NCBI GenBank assembly: GCA_046483985.1
Contig: JAWOCD010000005.1
Coordinates: 30,862 to 94,861 of the forward strand
Reading direction: 5' to 3'
From: Promethearchaeia archaeon
GTDB taxonomy: Archaea > Asgardarchaeota > Lokiarchaeia > Sigyniarchaeales > SOKP01
DNA length: 64,000 bases
Part shown: one piece after another, positions 10,228 through 19,549 of the stretch
How the letters are laid out: each line of letters opens with the position of its first letter
Numbering within the stretch: the first letter of the stretch is position 1
Made by a program: the position numbers and the translations under genes
Notes under the pieces: generated by a model
Seen by the model: only the letters and a program-made list of their open reading frames with translations
The model's database searches: none
What the model was told of the DNA's origin: nothing

Positions 10228-10919
10228 TTACTCGTCAGTTCACTATCGATATAAATAGTACTCAATTATCTTATTATGTAGGGATGGATCAATTCATTCT
10301 AAAATATGATGAATTTCTTATTGAAAATAATATTAAAAATGAGGATAAAACATTACAGGTTTTAATTAATAAAATTTCTCAAATTCAAAATGGATTTGCT
10401 GGAAGTTCTATTCAATTACTGGACAATAATTATCTATTAAATGCGCGTCACCTTTTTTTAGGAGCTTATTTTATGCAAAAAGCTTTTCAATACGGCATTA
10501 ATATTTCTAACAAACGAAATATTGAATTGTTGTTATATTTAACAGCTCGAAGACAGATAAAACGCGCTTTAAATACATTTGGATTAAAAATTTCCGAACT
10601 TAATAAAGGTTCTCTTACCTTTTGTATTATCTCACCCAAGAATAACCTAGGGGAAATAAAGAACCAAATTTTAAGCCAAATTTCAACTAAGTCTATAAAA
10701 AGATTAAATATAAATGATTTGAGTGTAAAAAAGTTGGAAGGGATCAGGAACTTTTTTAAGATAACTAACCAACAGATTCAAGTTCTCTTTAGAGCTTATA
10801 ATCATGAATTTAGCGGACTTCGGGAAGAGGGAAGTTTACAAAAGTACGCTAAGGTCTTAGGTGATCTTATTGCTGAAAAAATGGCAAAACTGAGTCTCGA
10901 AAAGGTAAATCTCTCTTAA
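10200..10919 (+). CDS. cgi121: Cgi121-like KEOPS subunit with N-terminal extension; start ambiguous (TTG 10200, ATG 10209 or ATG 10224)
   Basis: The core ARHLFLGAYFMQKAF...NIELLLYLTARRQIKRALNTFGL...LTFCIIS and the C-terminal VLGDLIAEKMAKLSLEK align by eye to archaeal Cgi121 (EILVRASGQRQIHEAIKIIG... pattern). It overlaps the ecfT 3' end. Confidence 0.55.
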   Translation: MVSMEFTNMITRQFTIDINSTQLSYYVGMDQFILKYDEFLIENNIKNEDKTLQVLINKISQIQNGFAGSSIQLLDNNYLLNARHLFLGAYFMQKAFQYGINISNKRNIELLLYLTARRQIKRALNTFGLKISELNKGSLTFCIISPKNNLGEIKNQILSQISTKSIKRLNINDLSVKKLEGIRNFFKITNQQIQVLFRAYNHEFSGLREEGSLQKYAKVLGDLIAEKMAKLSLEKVNLS

Positions 10920-10921
10920 GG

Positions 10922-11440
10922 TTATTGGGAATTTACCCGTAAGATTTCATTCTTATCTAAATAGGAAATGCCACAATATTTACCTAATATTTCAAACCGG
11001 ACTATAATATCTGGCTCTTCTAAATCAACGGGGTTATCAAAATTTAACGCAATATTGTCAATAAATTCATCCCTTTCAATTATTTTACTGTCTCGCCGTA
11101 TGAGTCTAATTCGGAATTTATCTGTTTTATTAATGTGATCATTTTTAGTTCTTTTTATAAATTCATCAATAATTTCTGGATCCGTTTTACACACGTAATC
11201 AATAGGTACAACTTTTAAAATATATTGAAAGAAATCTGGGTCCTCCTCAAGGAGGTTATGTAATTTTCGAACTACAACGTGACAATCAAGAACACTATAT
11301 CCTGTAATTAATCCTGGAAACTTGAAATCGGAGATTAATGGATATTTGTCTCCATACATAAGTAATATAAACCATAACTCCGCTTTGCAATTTGCTTCAT
11401 TATAGCGAGAAGTGGAGACTAAGAAATTAAAATTATTCAT
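10922..11440 (-). CDS. THUMP domain protein (putative RNA-modification accessory protein)
   Basis: The protein is 172 aa. The ferredoxin-like N-terminal half (FLVSTSRYNEANCKAELWF) and the C-terminal FRIRLIRRDS...IIVRFEILGKYCGISYL are typical of THUMP. Confidence 0.55.
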   Translation of the reverse strand: MNNFNFLVSTSRYNEANCKAELWFILLMYGDKYPLISDFKFPGLITGYSVLDCHVVVRKLHNLLEEDPDFFQYILKVVPIDYVCKTDPEIIDEFIKRTKNDHINKTDKFRIRLIRRDSKIIERDEFIDNIALNFDNPVDLEEPDIIVRFEILGKYCGISYLDKNEILRVNSQ

Positions 11441-11464
11441 TATGGAGACCCTCTTTAAATTTAG

Positions 11465-12127
11465 TTATTCTATTGCTTTCTCTAAATCTTCCCTAGAAAT
11501 TTTTCCTTTTCTTAAAATGTTAATTTCCCCCTCGGTGCAATCAACAATAGTGGTAGCGATACCTGATTTGGTTTTTCCAGAATTTAAAATATAATATATC
11601 ATTCGCGAAAATATTTTTGCCACTTGGGTACCCGAAGTATAAGGAGGTTCTTCCGAAAAATTTGCAGAAGTTTCAATTATGCCCCCAAATTTTCCTTTTT
11701 TTTTCAAATAGTTTAAAATTGAAAGAACAACTGGATTTTTAGGGACTCTAAGTCCAATGGTATTACGATTTCCAGTAACTTGCGGTGGAATAAACGAGGA
11801 TTCTCGCTGTTTCACAATTAAAGTTAGTTCTCCGGGCCAAAATCTCTGAGATAATTTCTCCGCTAAATTATTGAATTCCGCTATTTTCTTTGCCTCTTCT
11901 ATATCAGCAACTAAAAGAGGAAATCCTTTCGATCTATCCCGCATTTTAATACTGTAGAGACGTTCGCAAACATCTAAATTCCTTGGATCTCCTCCTAACC
12001 CATATACAGAATTAGTGGGAAAAGCGATTAATTTTCCCTCAATTATATGATCTGCGGCAATTTCAAAGTACATTCTTTCTTTTTCGAAATTCTCTTTTGT
12101 TCCAGTAACTTTGACTACAAAACCCAT
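11465..12127 (-). CDS. tsaC: L-threonylcarbamoyladenylate synthase, YrdC-domain-only form
   Basis: YrdC motifs are AFPTNSVYGLGGDP and RDRSKGFPLLV. At 220 aa there is no Sua5 C-terminal domain. Confidence 0.85.
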   Translation of the reverse strand: MGFVVKVTGTKENFEKERMYFEIAADHIIEGKLIAFPTNSVYGLGGDPRNLDVCERLYSIKMRDRSKGFPLLVADIEEAKKIAEFNNLAEKLSQRFWPGELTLIVKQRESSFIPPQVTGNRNTIGLRVPKNPVVLSILNYLKKKGKFGGIIETSANFSEEPPYTSGTQVAKIFSRMIYYILNSGKTKSGIATTIVDCTEGEINILRKGKISREDLEKAIE

Positions 12128-12388
12128 CTTTTTCTTATCACTTCTGACTTTGTTGGAAAATATGAATAAGATTTGTTATATCTCTCATAGAGATTATAGT
12201 TTTGAATTTAATAAACCTATAGGTATGGAATAAATAATGGGAAAAAAAATCACGCCATTTTAATTTAAGAATTTAATAAACCGTTGGAAAATTCTAAAAT
12301 ATAATGATTCAAAATTAAAATTTTAAATTTAATAAAATTAAATTAATATTAAATAAAATTATAATCATTTAATAAATTTGATTCGAAA

Positions 12389-13603
12389 ATGAGCATTGAA
12401 TTCGAAGAATATGAAGATCCACTAGCGAGAGTAGGAGCATTTATCCTTCTTCTTGCTTCTGCGCTTATCATAGTATATGGAGCCATTGGAAGCACCATTA
12501 TCTCAGGAGGTACCGCCTTTGATGCTTCTGAATTATCTGTTGGTTATACATTTATGGTCATATTTCTTTTAGGCCTTTTAAATGCCTTACTCGCTTTATT
12601 TTCATTTATTCGTCCATGGATTAATAGAAAAATAAACGTATTTATTGCCGCTGTTGTTGCCTTGGTCACAAATAATGCGATGATATTGATGATCCCAGGG
12701 GGTCAAATCACAAGTACCGCAGCTTTAATATTGAATATTTTTGTGTGGATTGGCATCGGTGCAGTCTTTTTAATTTTTATTGCGAAACGCCCCAATCTCG
12801 GAAAGGAGAGTGACAAACATATCTACCAAGCCTATGGCGGTTTTATAGATATTATTGTAGGCATTTTCATGGTATTATTAGGTCTATATGTATATTATAT
12901 AGACATAAGTCAATTTGCGGGAAGCGGGACTTTTCCGGGGGGATTAGAAGCGTTCAGTGATGCATATATTGAAGAATATAGTACGATTGAATACACCTAT
13001 GAATCTATCAGAGAATCTGGATTAATTATGCTAATTGGGGGGTTGATTATTATTGGTGCTGCTGCTATTAGGAATTATATCACTCTTACATTGGCTTCTG
13101 GAGTCATTATCGCAGGAATTATAACGTCATTGGTTGGTCTAATTTTGTTTTTTCAAAACTGGCAAGAACTCGATTCGCTTTTAAGAGAGAATTATCCTGA
13201 CCAGTATTTTGCTCAGTTAATTTTAAGTGATCCGATCGTACTCAGTCTCGGGGCTGTTCTAATGCTATATCTTTTCCTTGGAGTGGTTATGATTATTTAT
13301 GCTTCATCCCAGAGCCAGCCCTTAGAGAAATGGAAGACTAAAAGAAATCATAATCTTGCTGCCGCCGAGGTAGCCATCCGAGATCAAAAATTGAATAAGG
13401 CTATAGACTATTTAGAAACTGCAGCGAAGTGGTCTTCTAAATTGGGTGAAGAAGATAAAGCCGTAGAATTGATTACGCGGATAAATAACATTAAAGAAAA
13501 AGCCATTAAGATGAGAAAGGCAGAAGCGGCGGAGAAAAAGAAGAAGGAGCTACAGAAGGCGAAGGAAAAAGCTGAGGAAAAGGCCCCATCCGTGAAAAAG
13601 TAA
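12389..13603 (+). CDS. Polytopic membrane protein with cytoplasmic helical, Lys/Glu-rich C-terminal tail
   Basis: It has about 9 hydrophobic helices. These are followed by AAAEVAIRDQKLNKAIDYLETAAKWSSKLGEEDKAVELITRINNIKEKA and a KAE-rich tail. I recognise no family. Confidence 0.5.
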   Translation: MSIEFEEYEDPLARVGAFILLLASALIIVYGAIGSTIISGGTAFDASELSVGYTFMVIFLLGLLNALLALFSFIRPWINRKINVFIAAVVALVTNNAMILMIPGGQITSTAALILNIFVWIGIGAVFLIFIAKRPNLGKESDKHIYQAYGGFIDIIVGIFMVLLGLYVYYIDISQFAGSGTFPGGLEAFSDAYIEEYSTIEYTYESIRESGLIMLIGGLIIIGAAAIRNYITLTLASGVIIAGIITSLVGLILFFQNWQELDSLLRENYPDQYFAQLILSDPIVLSLGAVLMLYLFLGVVMIIYASSQSQPLEKWKTKRNHNLAAAEVAIRDQKLNKAIDYLETAAKWSSKLGEEDKAVELITRINNIKEKAIKMRKAEAAEKKKKELQKAKEKAEEKAPSVKK

Positions 13604-13985
13604 TTAGAAATCTAAAGATTTTTTATTTCCCTTTTTTTATTAAAAGAACTTCGGCTATAAATTAATTTCTGATTTCTGAAAAGAAAAATGATTAATTGTT
13701 ATATTTTTTCTATGATCAAACTGTAACTTCTTCATCTAAAAACCATTCGAACTCCCCCCGAAAATTGTGTCTTCAACTGACCCAGTAGAATCTCTTTCTT
13801 AAGGAGATTTTTCCCAGATTCAAAGGGTTTTTTAAACTTCTTGTTATAATAATGGTGCGAATAGCCGTGTTTACCTTTTTAGAGAACGAAGGAAAAGGAG
13901 TGATTTTATTTTTATCTTCTTACAAAAAATATAACACTTAGTCAAAAAATAAAAGAATAAAGAAATTTGAATAAAAGAATTAAAA

Positions 13986-14948
13986 TTAGTTCTGTTTACC
14001 CTTGTTTTGGGATTTCAATTTTGCTTTAATTTGTTTCCACTTATTATCTATTTGATTTTCAAGTTTAATTAAATCCTCTTCGCTGATACCCGAAAATCGC
14101 TTTTGTTTAGAAATATATTTGCCAAAAGGCTCTCTTTTCTTTGGATCCAAGAGGCGTTTACTTTTTTTAGATAATTTGAGGATTCCATTTTCTATTTCGT
14201 AAAGTGGCCAAAATCCAGTCCTTACCGCCAATCGTGCGATCTCCACAGTTTCATCTGAAGCGTATCCCCAACCGGGAGGGCAAGGTGCCAAGATATGAAT
14301 ATATTTACATCCTTCTATTGATTTTGCTTTTTTGAACTTTTCATAAATATCTAAAGGCTCGCTAACACTACAAGTAGCTACATAAGGAATGTCGTGTGCT
14401 GCCATTATCCGAGGCACATCTTTTTTATATCTCTGCTTTCCAAATGGTGTTGTTGTCGTTTTTGCTCCATGAGGTGTGCTTGAGGATCGCTGAATACCAG
14501 TATTCATATAAGCTTCATTATCATAGCAAACATATATTATATTTGAATTACGCTCGGCCGCTCCACTTAGCCCTTGAATCCCGATGTCCGTAGTACCTCC
14601 ATCTCCAGCAAAAACTAAAGCAGTCATATCATCCCATTTTCCCTCTGGAAACTTCTTAGCTTTGGCTTTAAAAGCAGCATCAAGTCCGCTCGCGGCAGCC
14701 GCTCCTGCGGCAAATGCCATGTTGACAAAAGGAAAATCTGGTGCTGTTTTAGGCCATAAACCAATAACTACATTTAAACAAGATGCAGGGGTAACCAGAG
14801 CTGTTTTAGGTCCCAAAGCTTTCATTGCCCATCGAAGTGCGATTTCAAGTCCACATCCCGCACAGCATGAATTACCGGGCAGGAACCATTCCTTGCAAGC
14901 TATATCATCTTTCATTACTTTTTTTAGAGATGCCATTTTATTGCTCAT
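13986..14948 (-). CDS. porB: 2-oxoacid (pyruvate-type):ferredoxin oxidoreductase subunit beta
   Basis: It has the Cys cluster PGNSCCAGCG and the TPP motif FAGDGGTTDIG...VCYDNEAYMNTG. It overlaps porA by 11 nt. Confidence 0.9.
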   Translation of the reverse strand: MSNKMASLKKVMKDDIACKEWFLPGNSCCAGCGLEIALRWAMKALGPKTALVTPASCLNVVIGLWPKTAPDFPFVNMAFAAGAAAASGLDAAFKAKAKKFPEGKWDDMTALVFAGDGGTTDIGIQGLSGAAERNSNIIYVCYDNEAYMNTGIQRSSSTPHGAKTTTTPFGKQRYKKDVPRIMAAHDIPYVATCSVSEPLDIYEKFKKAKSIEGCKYIHILAPCPPGWGYASDETVEIARLAVRTGFWPLYEIENGILKLSKKSKRLLDPKKREPFGKYISKQKRFSGISEEDLIKLENQIDNKWKQIKAKLKSQNKGKQN

Positions 14949-16215
14949 CCTCCATAGTTAATTTTCCATGCCACAAAGTTCCGTGTAATAAATCTTGGGG
15001 ATACTTTCCCTCTTCGTGTATTTTCATCAATAATTTAAGTTGTTCCTTCTGTTGTTCTAAGGTCACTTCTCGTCCTCCTATACCAGCAATAATGGGAAGC
15101 ACTTCACAATTTTTCTCTTCTCCTTGTAAAACCGTCTTCACTTCTGAGCTGACTGGACCCCCAGTTGGTGAACCAAATGAACATGCTCTATCAATCACAC
15201 CAAGAACTTTGACCTTATCTGCTATCTCCAAAACCTCTTCGCTGGGAAAAGGTCTAAAATATCGTAACTTCGTCATTCCTACTTTATAACCGTTTTCTCT
15301 TAAATCGTCAATGGCTTGTTCCATCTGAAGAGCCAGATCTCCGTATATTATTACTCCGACCTCCGCGTCATCCATTTTGTAATTTCTTACTAATCCGTTT
15401 CCATAATCTCTTCCAAATTTTTGCTTGAATTCTTTTGCAACCTCTCTGATTTTATCCTTAGCACGATTTTGTGCATTATGGATTTTCATCCGAAATTCCG
15501 AATAAAAACCTGAGGGCATTATGAGATTTCCGTGCATGATCGGCCGATCTGGGTCAATCCAAATATGTGGCCATCCTTTTTCATCCGGTAAGGGAGGCAA
15601 AAACTCGTCTACTTTCTCTTGATCTTCTATTTTTACTGGTTTTGAGGTGTGAGATAAGATAAACCCCCCATATGCCACAAACTTGGGCAACAATACTTCG
15701 GGGTCTTCACAAACTTTATATGACATAAGTATTTCATCATATATCTCTTGATGAGTTGCACAAAATGCGCTCATCCATCCAGTATCTCTGGTATTAATGA
15801 CATCCGAAAAATCTGCCCAAATATTCCAAGGGGGTGCAGTTCCCCTTGAAGCAATAGCCGTTACAATGGGAAGTCGAGTTCCGGCAGCCCAATGAACCAT
15901 CTCGTTCATATAAAAAAGCCCTTGTCCAGAGGTAGCAGTAAAAGTACGAGTTCCGGCGAGGCTTGCTCCAACGATTGATGCCATGACACTATGTTCCGAT
16001 TCCATTTTTAAATAAACTGTATCAGGCATTAAACCTCCATCCACGAATTGAGATAATTTTTCAACAACGGTGGTTTGTGGAGTGATTGGATATGCACTAA
16101 TTACTTGAACACGGGCTGACTTTGCAGCATAGGCTGCAGATAAATTTCCTTTGATTATCTTTGTCTCTTTTTTTTGGGTTATATCTTTTTTCTCTGCTTT
16201 ATTCATTATTTTCAC
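14938..16215 (-). CDS. porA: 2-oxoacid:ferredoxin oxidoreductase subunit alpha
   Basis: It has the ISAYPITPQTTVVE motif and is 425 aa. Substrate (pyruvate, 2-ketoisovalerate or 2-oxoglutarate) cannot be set from sequence by eye. Confidence 0.9.
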   Translation of the reverse strand: MKIMNKAEKKDITQKKETKIIKGNLSAAYAAKSARVQVISAYPITPQTTVVEKLSQFVDGGLMPDTVYLKMESEHSVMASIVGASLAGTRTFTATSGQGLFYMNEMVHWAAGTRLPIVTAIASRGTAPPWNIWADFSDVINTRDTGWMSAFCATHQEIYDEILMSYKVCEDPEVLLPKFVAYGGFILSHTSKPVKIEDQEKVDEFLPPLPDEKGWPHIWIDPDRPIMHGNLIMPSGFYSEFRMKIHNAQNRAKDKIREVAKEFKQKFGRDYGNGLVRNYKMDDAEVGVIIYGDLALQMEQAIDDLRENGYKVGMTKLRYFRPFPSEEVLEIADKVKVLGVIDRACSFGSPTGGPVSSEVKTVLQGEEKNCEVLPIIAGIGGREVTLEQQKEQLKLLMKIHEEGKYPQDLLHGTLWHGKLTMEDEQ

Positions 16216-16558
16216 TCTCTCTAATCATTTCAATATTATCAGTCGGACATTCTTTTGCACATATTCCGCATCCTTTACAATATTCGAGGTTAATTTTAAA
16301 ACTTCCGTCCTCTTTCCGCTCAATAGTACCTTCTGGACAATACATCCAACAAATACCGCATTGAGTACAATCTTCTTGATCAATAACGGGTCTGAACGTT
16401 CTCCAATTTCCTGTTCGACCGATTGACCCACGATTCGGAATAGAAATAGGAATAGGGGGTAATTCTTTCCAATTTTTATACTTTTGTACTTTTGGACGCT
16501 CCTCTCGAGATTTATTTATTGCTTTCCATTTTTTAGAATCGTTTTCTGAATCTGACAT
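16199..16558 (-). CDS. porD: 2-oxoacid:ferredoxin oxidoreductase subunit delta (2x[4Fe-4S])
   Basis: It has two ferredoxin motifs, CTQCGICWMYCP and CKGCGICAKECP. It overlaps porA by 17 nt. Confidence 0.9.
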   Translation of the reverse strand: MSDSENDSKKWKAINKSREERPKVQKYKNWKELPPIPISIPNRGSIGRTGNWRTFRPVIDQEDCTQCGICWMYCPEGTIERKEDGSFKINLEYCKGCGICAKECPTDNIEMIRESENNE

Positions 16559-16559
16559 T

Positions 16560-17138
16560 TTATTTCATTTCCTCCACGGATTTAAATGCCTCTTCCGCTA
16601 CTTTAATGTTTAATTTTGCTTTTTTTTCTCCAAATTCTTCATTAAGTACCTTTTCCATGACCTTTAAATCATAATATCCTGTAATTTCTCCAAATGCACC
16701 AAGCATTGGAATATTAAGAATGGGCCCGCTGGAATGCATAAAATTATGCTCGATACAAATTCCCGTTGCGTCGATAAGATAGATGTTGATATTTTTAGGT
16801 AAATTTTTTGTATTTATTGGAGTATCGCTATTAACTATTAATGTGACACCCTCCTTAATGGTATTGTACACTTTAGGAATCTCGAGTAAGGACGTATCAA
16901 ATATAAATATGTAATCTGGGTTTTTTACGCTGTCGTAATTTTTTATAATCTTATCTTTAGAAATCCTTGTAAAGGCTTTAATTGGTGCCCCTCGTCTTTC
17001 CGCGCCAATAATGGGGATTGCGATAGTATCTTTAAAACCAGTTTCGAAAGCAAACTGGGCTAGCAACTTACTTGCCGTAATTGCAGTTTGACCTCCTCGA
17101 CCGTGAAAAGTGACTTCAATTATTCCATTTTCCATCAA
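16560..17138 (-). CDS. porG: 2-oxoacid:ferredoxin oxidoreductase subunit gamma
   Basis: It contains FHGRGGQTAITASKLLA. It is the first gene of the operon on the minus strand. Confidence 0.85.
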   Translation of the reverse strand: MMENGIIEVTFHGRGGQTAITASKLLAQFAFETGFKDTIAIPIIGAERRGAPIKAFTRISKDKIIKNYDSVKNPDYIFIFDTSLLEIPKVYNTIKEGVTLIVNSDTPINTKNLPKNINIYLIDATGICIEHNFMHSSGPILNIPMLGAFGEITGYYDLKVMEKVLNEEFGEKKAKLNIKVAEEAFKSVEEMK

Positions 17139-17179
17139 TTTTGTTCCAACTTCTCTTAGTTTCTATTTTTGATTAATAA

Positions 17180-17187
17180 TTTATATA
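17180..17187 (-). promoter_or_regulatory. Candidate TATA box of the por operon
   Basis: TTTATATA (TATATAAA on the minus strand) lies about 42 nt upstream of the porG ATG. The element is symmetric enough that orientation is inferred only from position. Confidence 0.4.
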
Positions 17188-17490
17188 CTATACCAATACG
17201 ACCATAAAACCCCGAGAATGAGATTTTATTATCGTATTATAAAATTACTACTACTCGTAAGAATACGAGAATAATAGCTAACAATAATATATTTGTAGAA
17301 AGTGAAGATAATAAAATATTCTTTAGGTTATACATTTTTCCACCAATATATTATTGTTGTTTTAATAATGTAAAGATATAATTTAATATTCTTAAAACTT
17401 TTTTATTTTAAAAATTTTATCATTATTATAGCATTTTTTTGTTATTGGGTTTTTTGTGTTCCCTTATTCCTCAAATACCTCAATAAGAGA

Positions 17491-17498
17491 ATTTATAT
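17491..17498 (+). promoter_or_regulatory. Candidate TATA box of the ZPR1 gene
   Basis: TTTATATA is preceded by purine-rich AGAGAA. It lies about 38-45 nt upstream of ATG 17536. The same AATTTATATACT 12-mer occurs at the por promoter. Confidence 0.4.
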
Positions 17499-17535
17499 AC
17501 TGAAATAACTGTTTTGCTATATACGAGTAAAGAAA

Positions 17536-18108
17536 ATGTCAAAAAAAGCAGAAAAAACGAAAGAAGAATATAGTTTTACGTGTCCTGTCTGTAAAAAAGG
17601 AACAGTTTCAATTGAAAAGACCTTGTATCAATTACCAGATGAAGATCAAATGCTTATCATTAACTTTGAATGTGATACTTGTACTTTTCATGAGAATGAC
17701 ATTATCCCCATGACCACCCGAACTGAACCGGGATTAAGTATATTAAAAGTAACATCGAAAGAAGATTTAGAATCGAAAGTTTATCGCTCGCCGACTGGTA
17801 AATTAGAGATTCCAGAACTCGAAATTCTCGTAGAACCAGGTCCCGCATCCCAATTTTATTTTACAAATATTGAGGGGGTATTAAACAAGTTTGAACGGGC
17901 GGTTTTAATCCACAAAAATGATCTCTATGATCAAGATCCTGAAGGAGAGGATTTTAAAGCTGTTTTGAAAATTTTAGATGATCTCGAAAAAGCTAAGAAG
18001 GGAGAATTTGATTTTACCCTAAAAATTGAGGATCGTGGGGGAGGAAGTTATATCGTTCCTACAGATAAATCTAAATTCTCCTTCAAGAAGATTGAATCAA
18101 AAGAATAA
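17536..18108 (+). CDS. ZPR1-type zinc finger protein
   Basis: It has the C4 finger CPVCKKG...CDTCTF followed by a ZPR1 beta-rich domain, in 190 aa. Confidence 0.75.
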   Translation: MSKKAEKTKEEYSFTCPVCKKGTVSIEKTLYQLPDEDQMLIINFECDTCTFHENDIIPMTTRTEPGLSILKVTSKEDLESKVYRSPTGKLEIPELEILVEPGPASQFYFTNIEGVLNKFERAVLIHKNDLYDQDPEGEDFKAVLKILDDLEKAKKGEFDFTLKIEDRGGGSYIVPTDKSKFSFKKIESKE

Positions 18109-18222
18109 GACACATAACCATTTATTTTTATAATATTTACCGTCTCAATTAATTCAGAGTTGATATTATATTGTATAATTGATTATATTGAATTATACTT
18201 TAAATAATAGAAAAAAAGGAGT

Positions 18223-19416
18223 GTGAAGAAAATGGCGATTAAAAAAGTTGGAATTTTAACTGGTGGAGGCGACTGTCCGGGACTTAATAGCGTAATCTAT
18301 GGAATTATGCTAAAAGCATTTGACGCGGGCCTAGAATGTATTGGAATCATAAAAGGGTGGAAAGGTTTTATGGAAAATGACACTATTGCATTAGATATAG
18401 CAGAACACGATGATCTTCATACCGTGGGCGGGACGTTATTATATACAAGCCGTACTAATCCTTTTGAAAGGTTGAAGAAATTAGAAACAGAAGAAGAAAA
18501 AGAACAATTTAAGAAGAAAAGAGCACAAGAGATGGCCGCCCAGTTCGATGAACTCGGGATTGATGCACTTGTAGTGATTGGCGGGGATGATACCCTTGGA
18601 GTTGCTGATACGATGCATAAATATGCCGAAACAAATGTGATTGGCTGCCCAAAAACGATTGATGATGATGTGAGTGGAACGGATTACACTTTTGGCTTTT
18701 GGAGCGGAACTCAATTAGCGTCCAATTCTCTTGACAACCTCACCACGACTGCTCGTTCTCATCAACGTGTTTTTATCGTCGAGATTATGGGTCGTGATGC
18801 GGGATTTCTTACAATGTATAGTGGACTCTCGGCTGGAGCAGATATTATCTTGATCCCAGAGTCTCCCTTTAATTTGGAAGAGGATGTCATTAATGTACTT
18901 AAGGAAAGAGTACGAAGAGGATATAAATATCATATTATTGCGTGTTCTGAAGGAGCCTATCCTACGAATGAGTCACTTAAAGAAGATTTTAATACTATCT
19001 CAAAAGAAACGATTGATAAATTACCGAAGGACTCATTTGGCAATCCATTACTTGCAAAATTAAACATTTCTCAGATTCTAGTAAAGGAATTGAATATGCG
19101 TGATGATATAAAAAAAGTCTTTGCGGAAAACGGAATTACTTATGAATGTAGAAGTGTAGTTCTTGGACATACCATGAGAGCGGGAACCCCAAATGCATTT
19201 GATAGAATTCTTGGACTTCGATTCGGATTAGCAGCGATGAAACAAATCCTTGAGGGAAATTTTGGAAAGATGGTCTCTTTACGGGGAAATTCAATCGAAC
19301 CAGTCCCTCTTGCGGCTGCAGCGGAGAAAAAATATATTAAAGAAGATAGCGATCTCATGGAACTTAAGGAACTCTTAGTAAAAGTCCGTTATTTGTCCAA
19401 GGATTCAAATTCATGA
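18223..19416 (+). CDS. pfp: 6-phosphofructokinase, predicted pyrophosphate-dependent; start GTG 18223 or ATG 18232
   Basis: PFK motifs are GILTGGGDCPGLN, IGGDDT, PKTIDDD and EIMGRDAG. Asp in GGDD and Lys in PKTID are the PPi-type discriminators. Confidence 0.8.
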   Translation: MKKMAIKKVGILTGGGDCPGLNSVIYGIMLKAFDAGLECIGIIKGWKGFMENDTIALDIAEHDDLHTVGGTLLYTSRTNPFERLKKLETEEEKEQFKKKRAQEMAAQFDELGIDALVVIGGDDTLGVADTMHKYAETNVIGCPKTIDDDVSGTDYTFGFWSGTQLASNSLDNLTTTARSHQRVFIVEIMGRDAGFLTMYSGLSAGADIILIPESPFNLEEDVINVLKERVRRGYKYHIIACSEGAYPTNESLKEDFNTISKETIDKLPKDSFGNPLLAKLNISQILVKELNMRDDIKKVFAENGITYECRSVVLGHTMRAGTPNAFDRILGLRFGLAAMKQILEGNFGKMVSLRGNSIEPVPLAAAAEKKYIKEDSDLMELKELLVKVRYLSKDSNS

Positions 19417-19549
19417 AACGCTATTCTTCAAAAATAATTTATCAAAAAATAATTAGTTTTCAATTTTCTTTCTTTTTCTTATATTTCAAGGAGTTCAAAA
19501 ATAGCGGATAAAAAAAATAAAATAAAAAAATTAAAATAAAATTAAAAGT

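Noticed and set aside
12389-13603. The C-terminal helical segment of the membrane protein (AAAEVAIRDQKLNKAIDYLETAAKWSSKLGEEDKAVELITRINNIKEKA), considered as an MIT domain (ESCRT-related).
   Set aside because: Only two clear helices and a generic Ala/Lys/Glu-rich pattern are visible. This is insufficient to call MIT without a profile search.
13604-13985. A 380 nt spacer upstream of porB's 3' end whose minus-strand translation gives protein-like fragments (e.g. RFYWVS, GEFEWFLDEEVTV). It was considered as another pseudogene.
   Set aside because: The fragments are short and match no family I recognise, and there are no colinear blocks as in the USP case.
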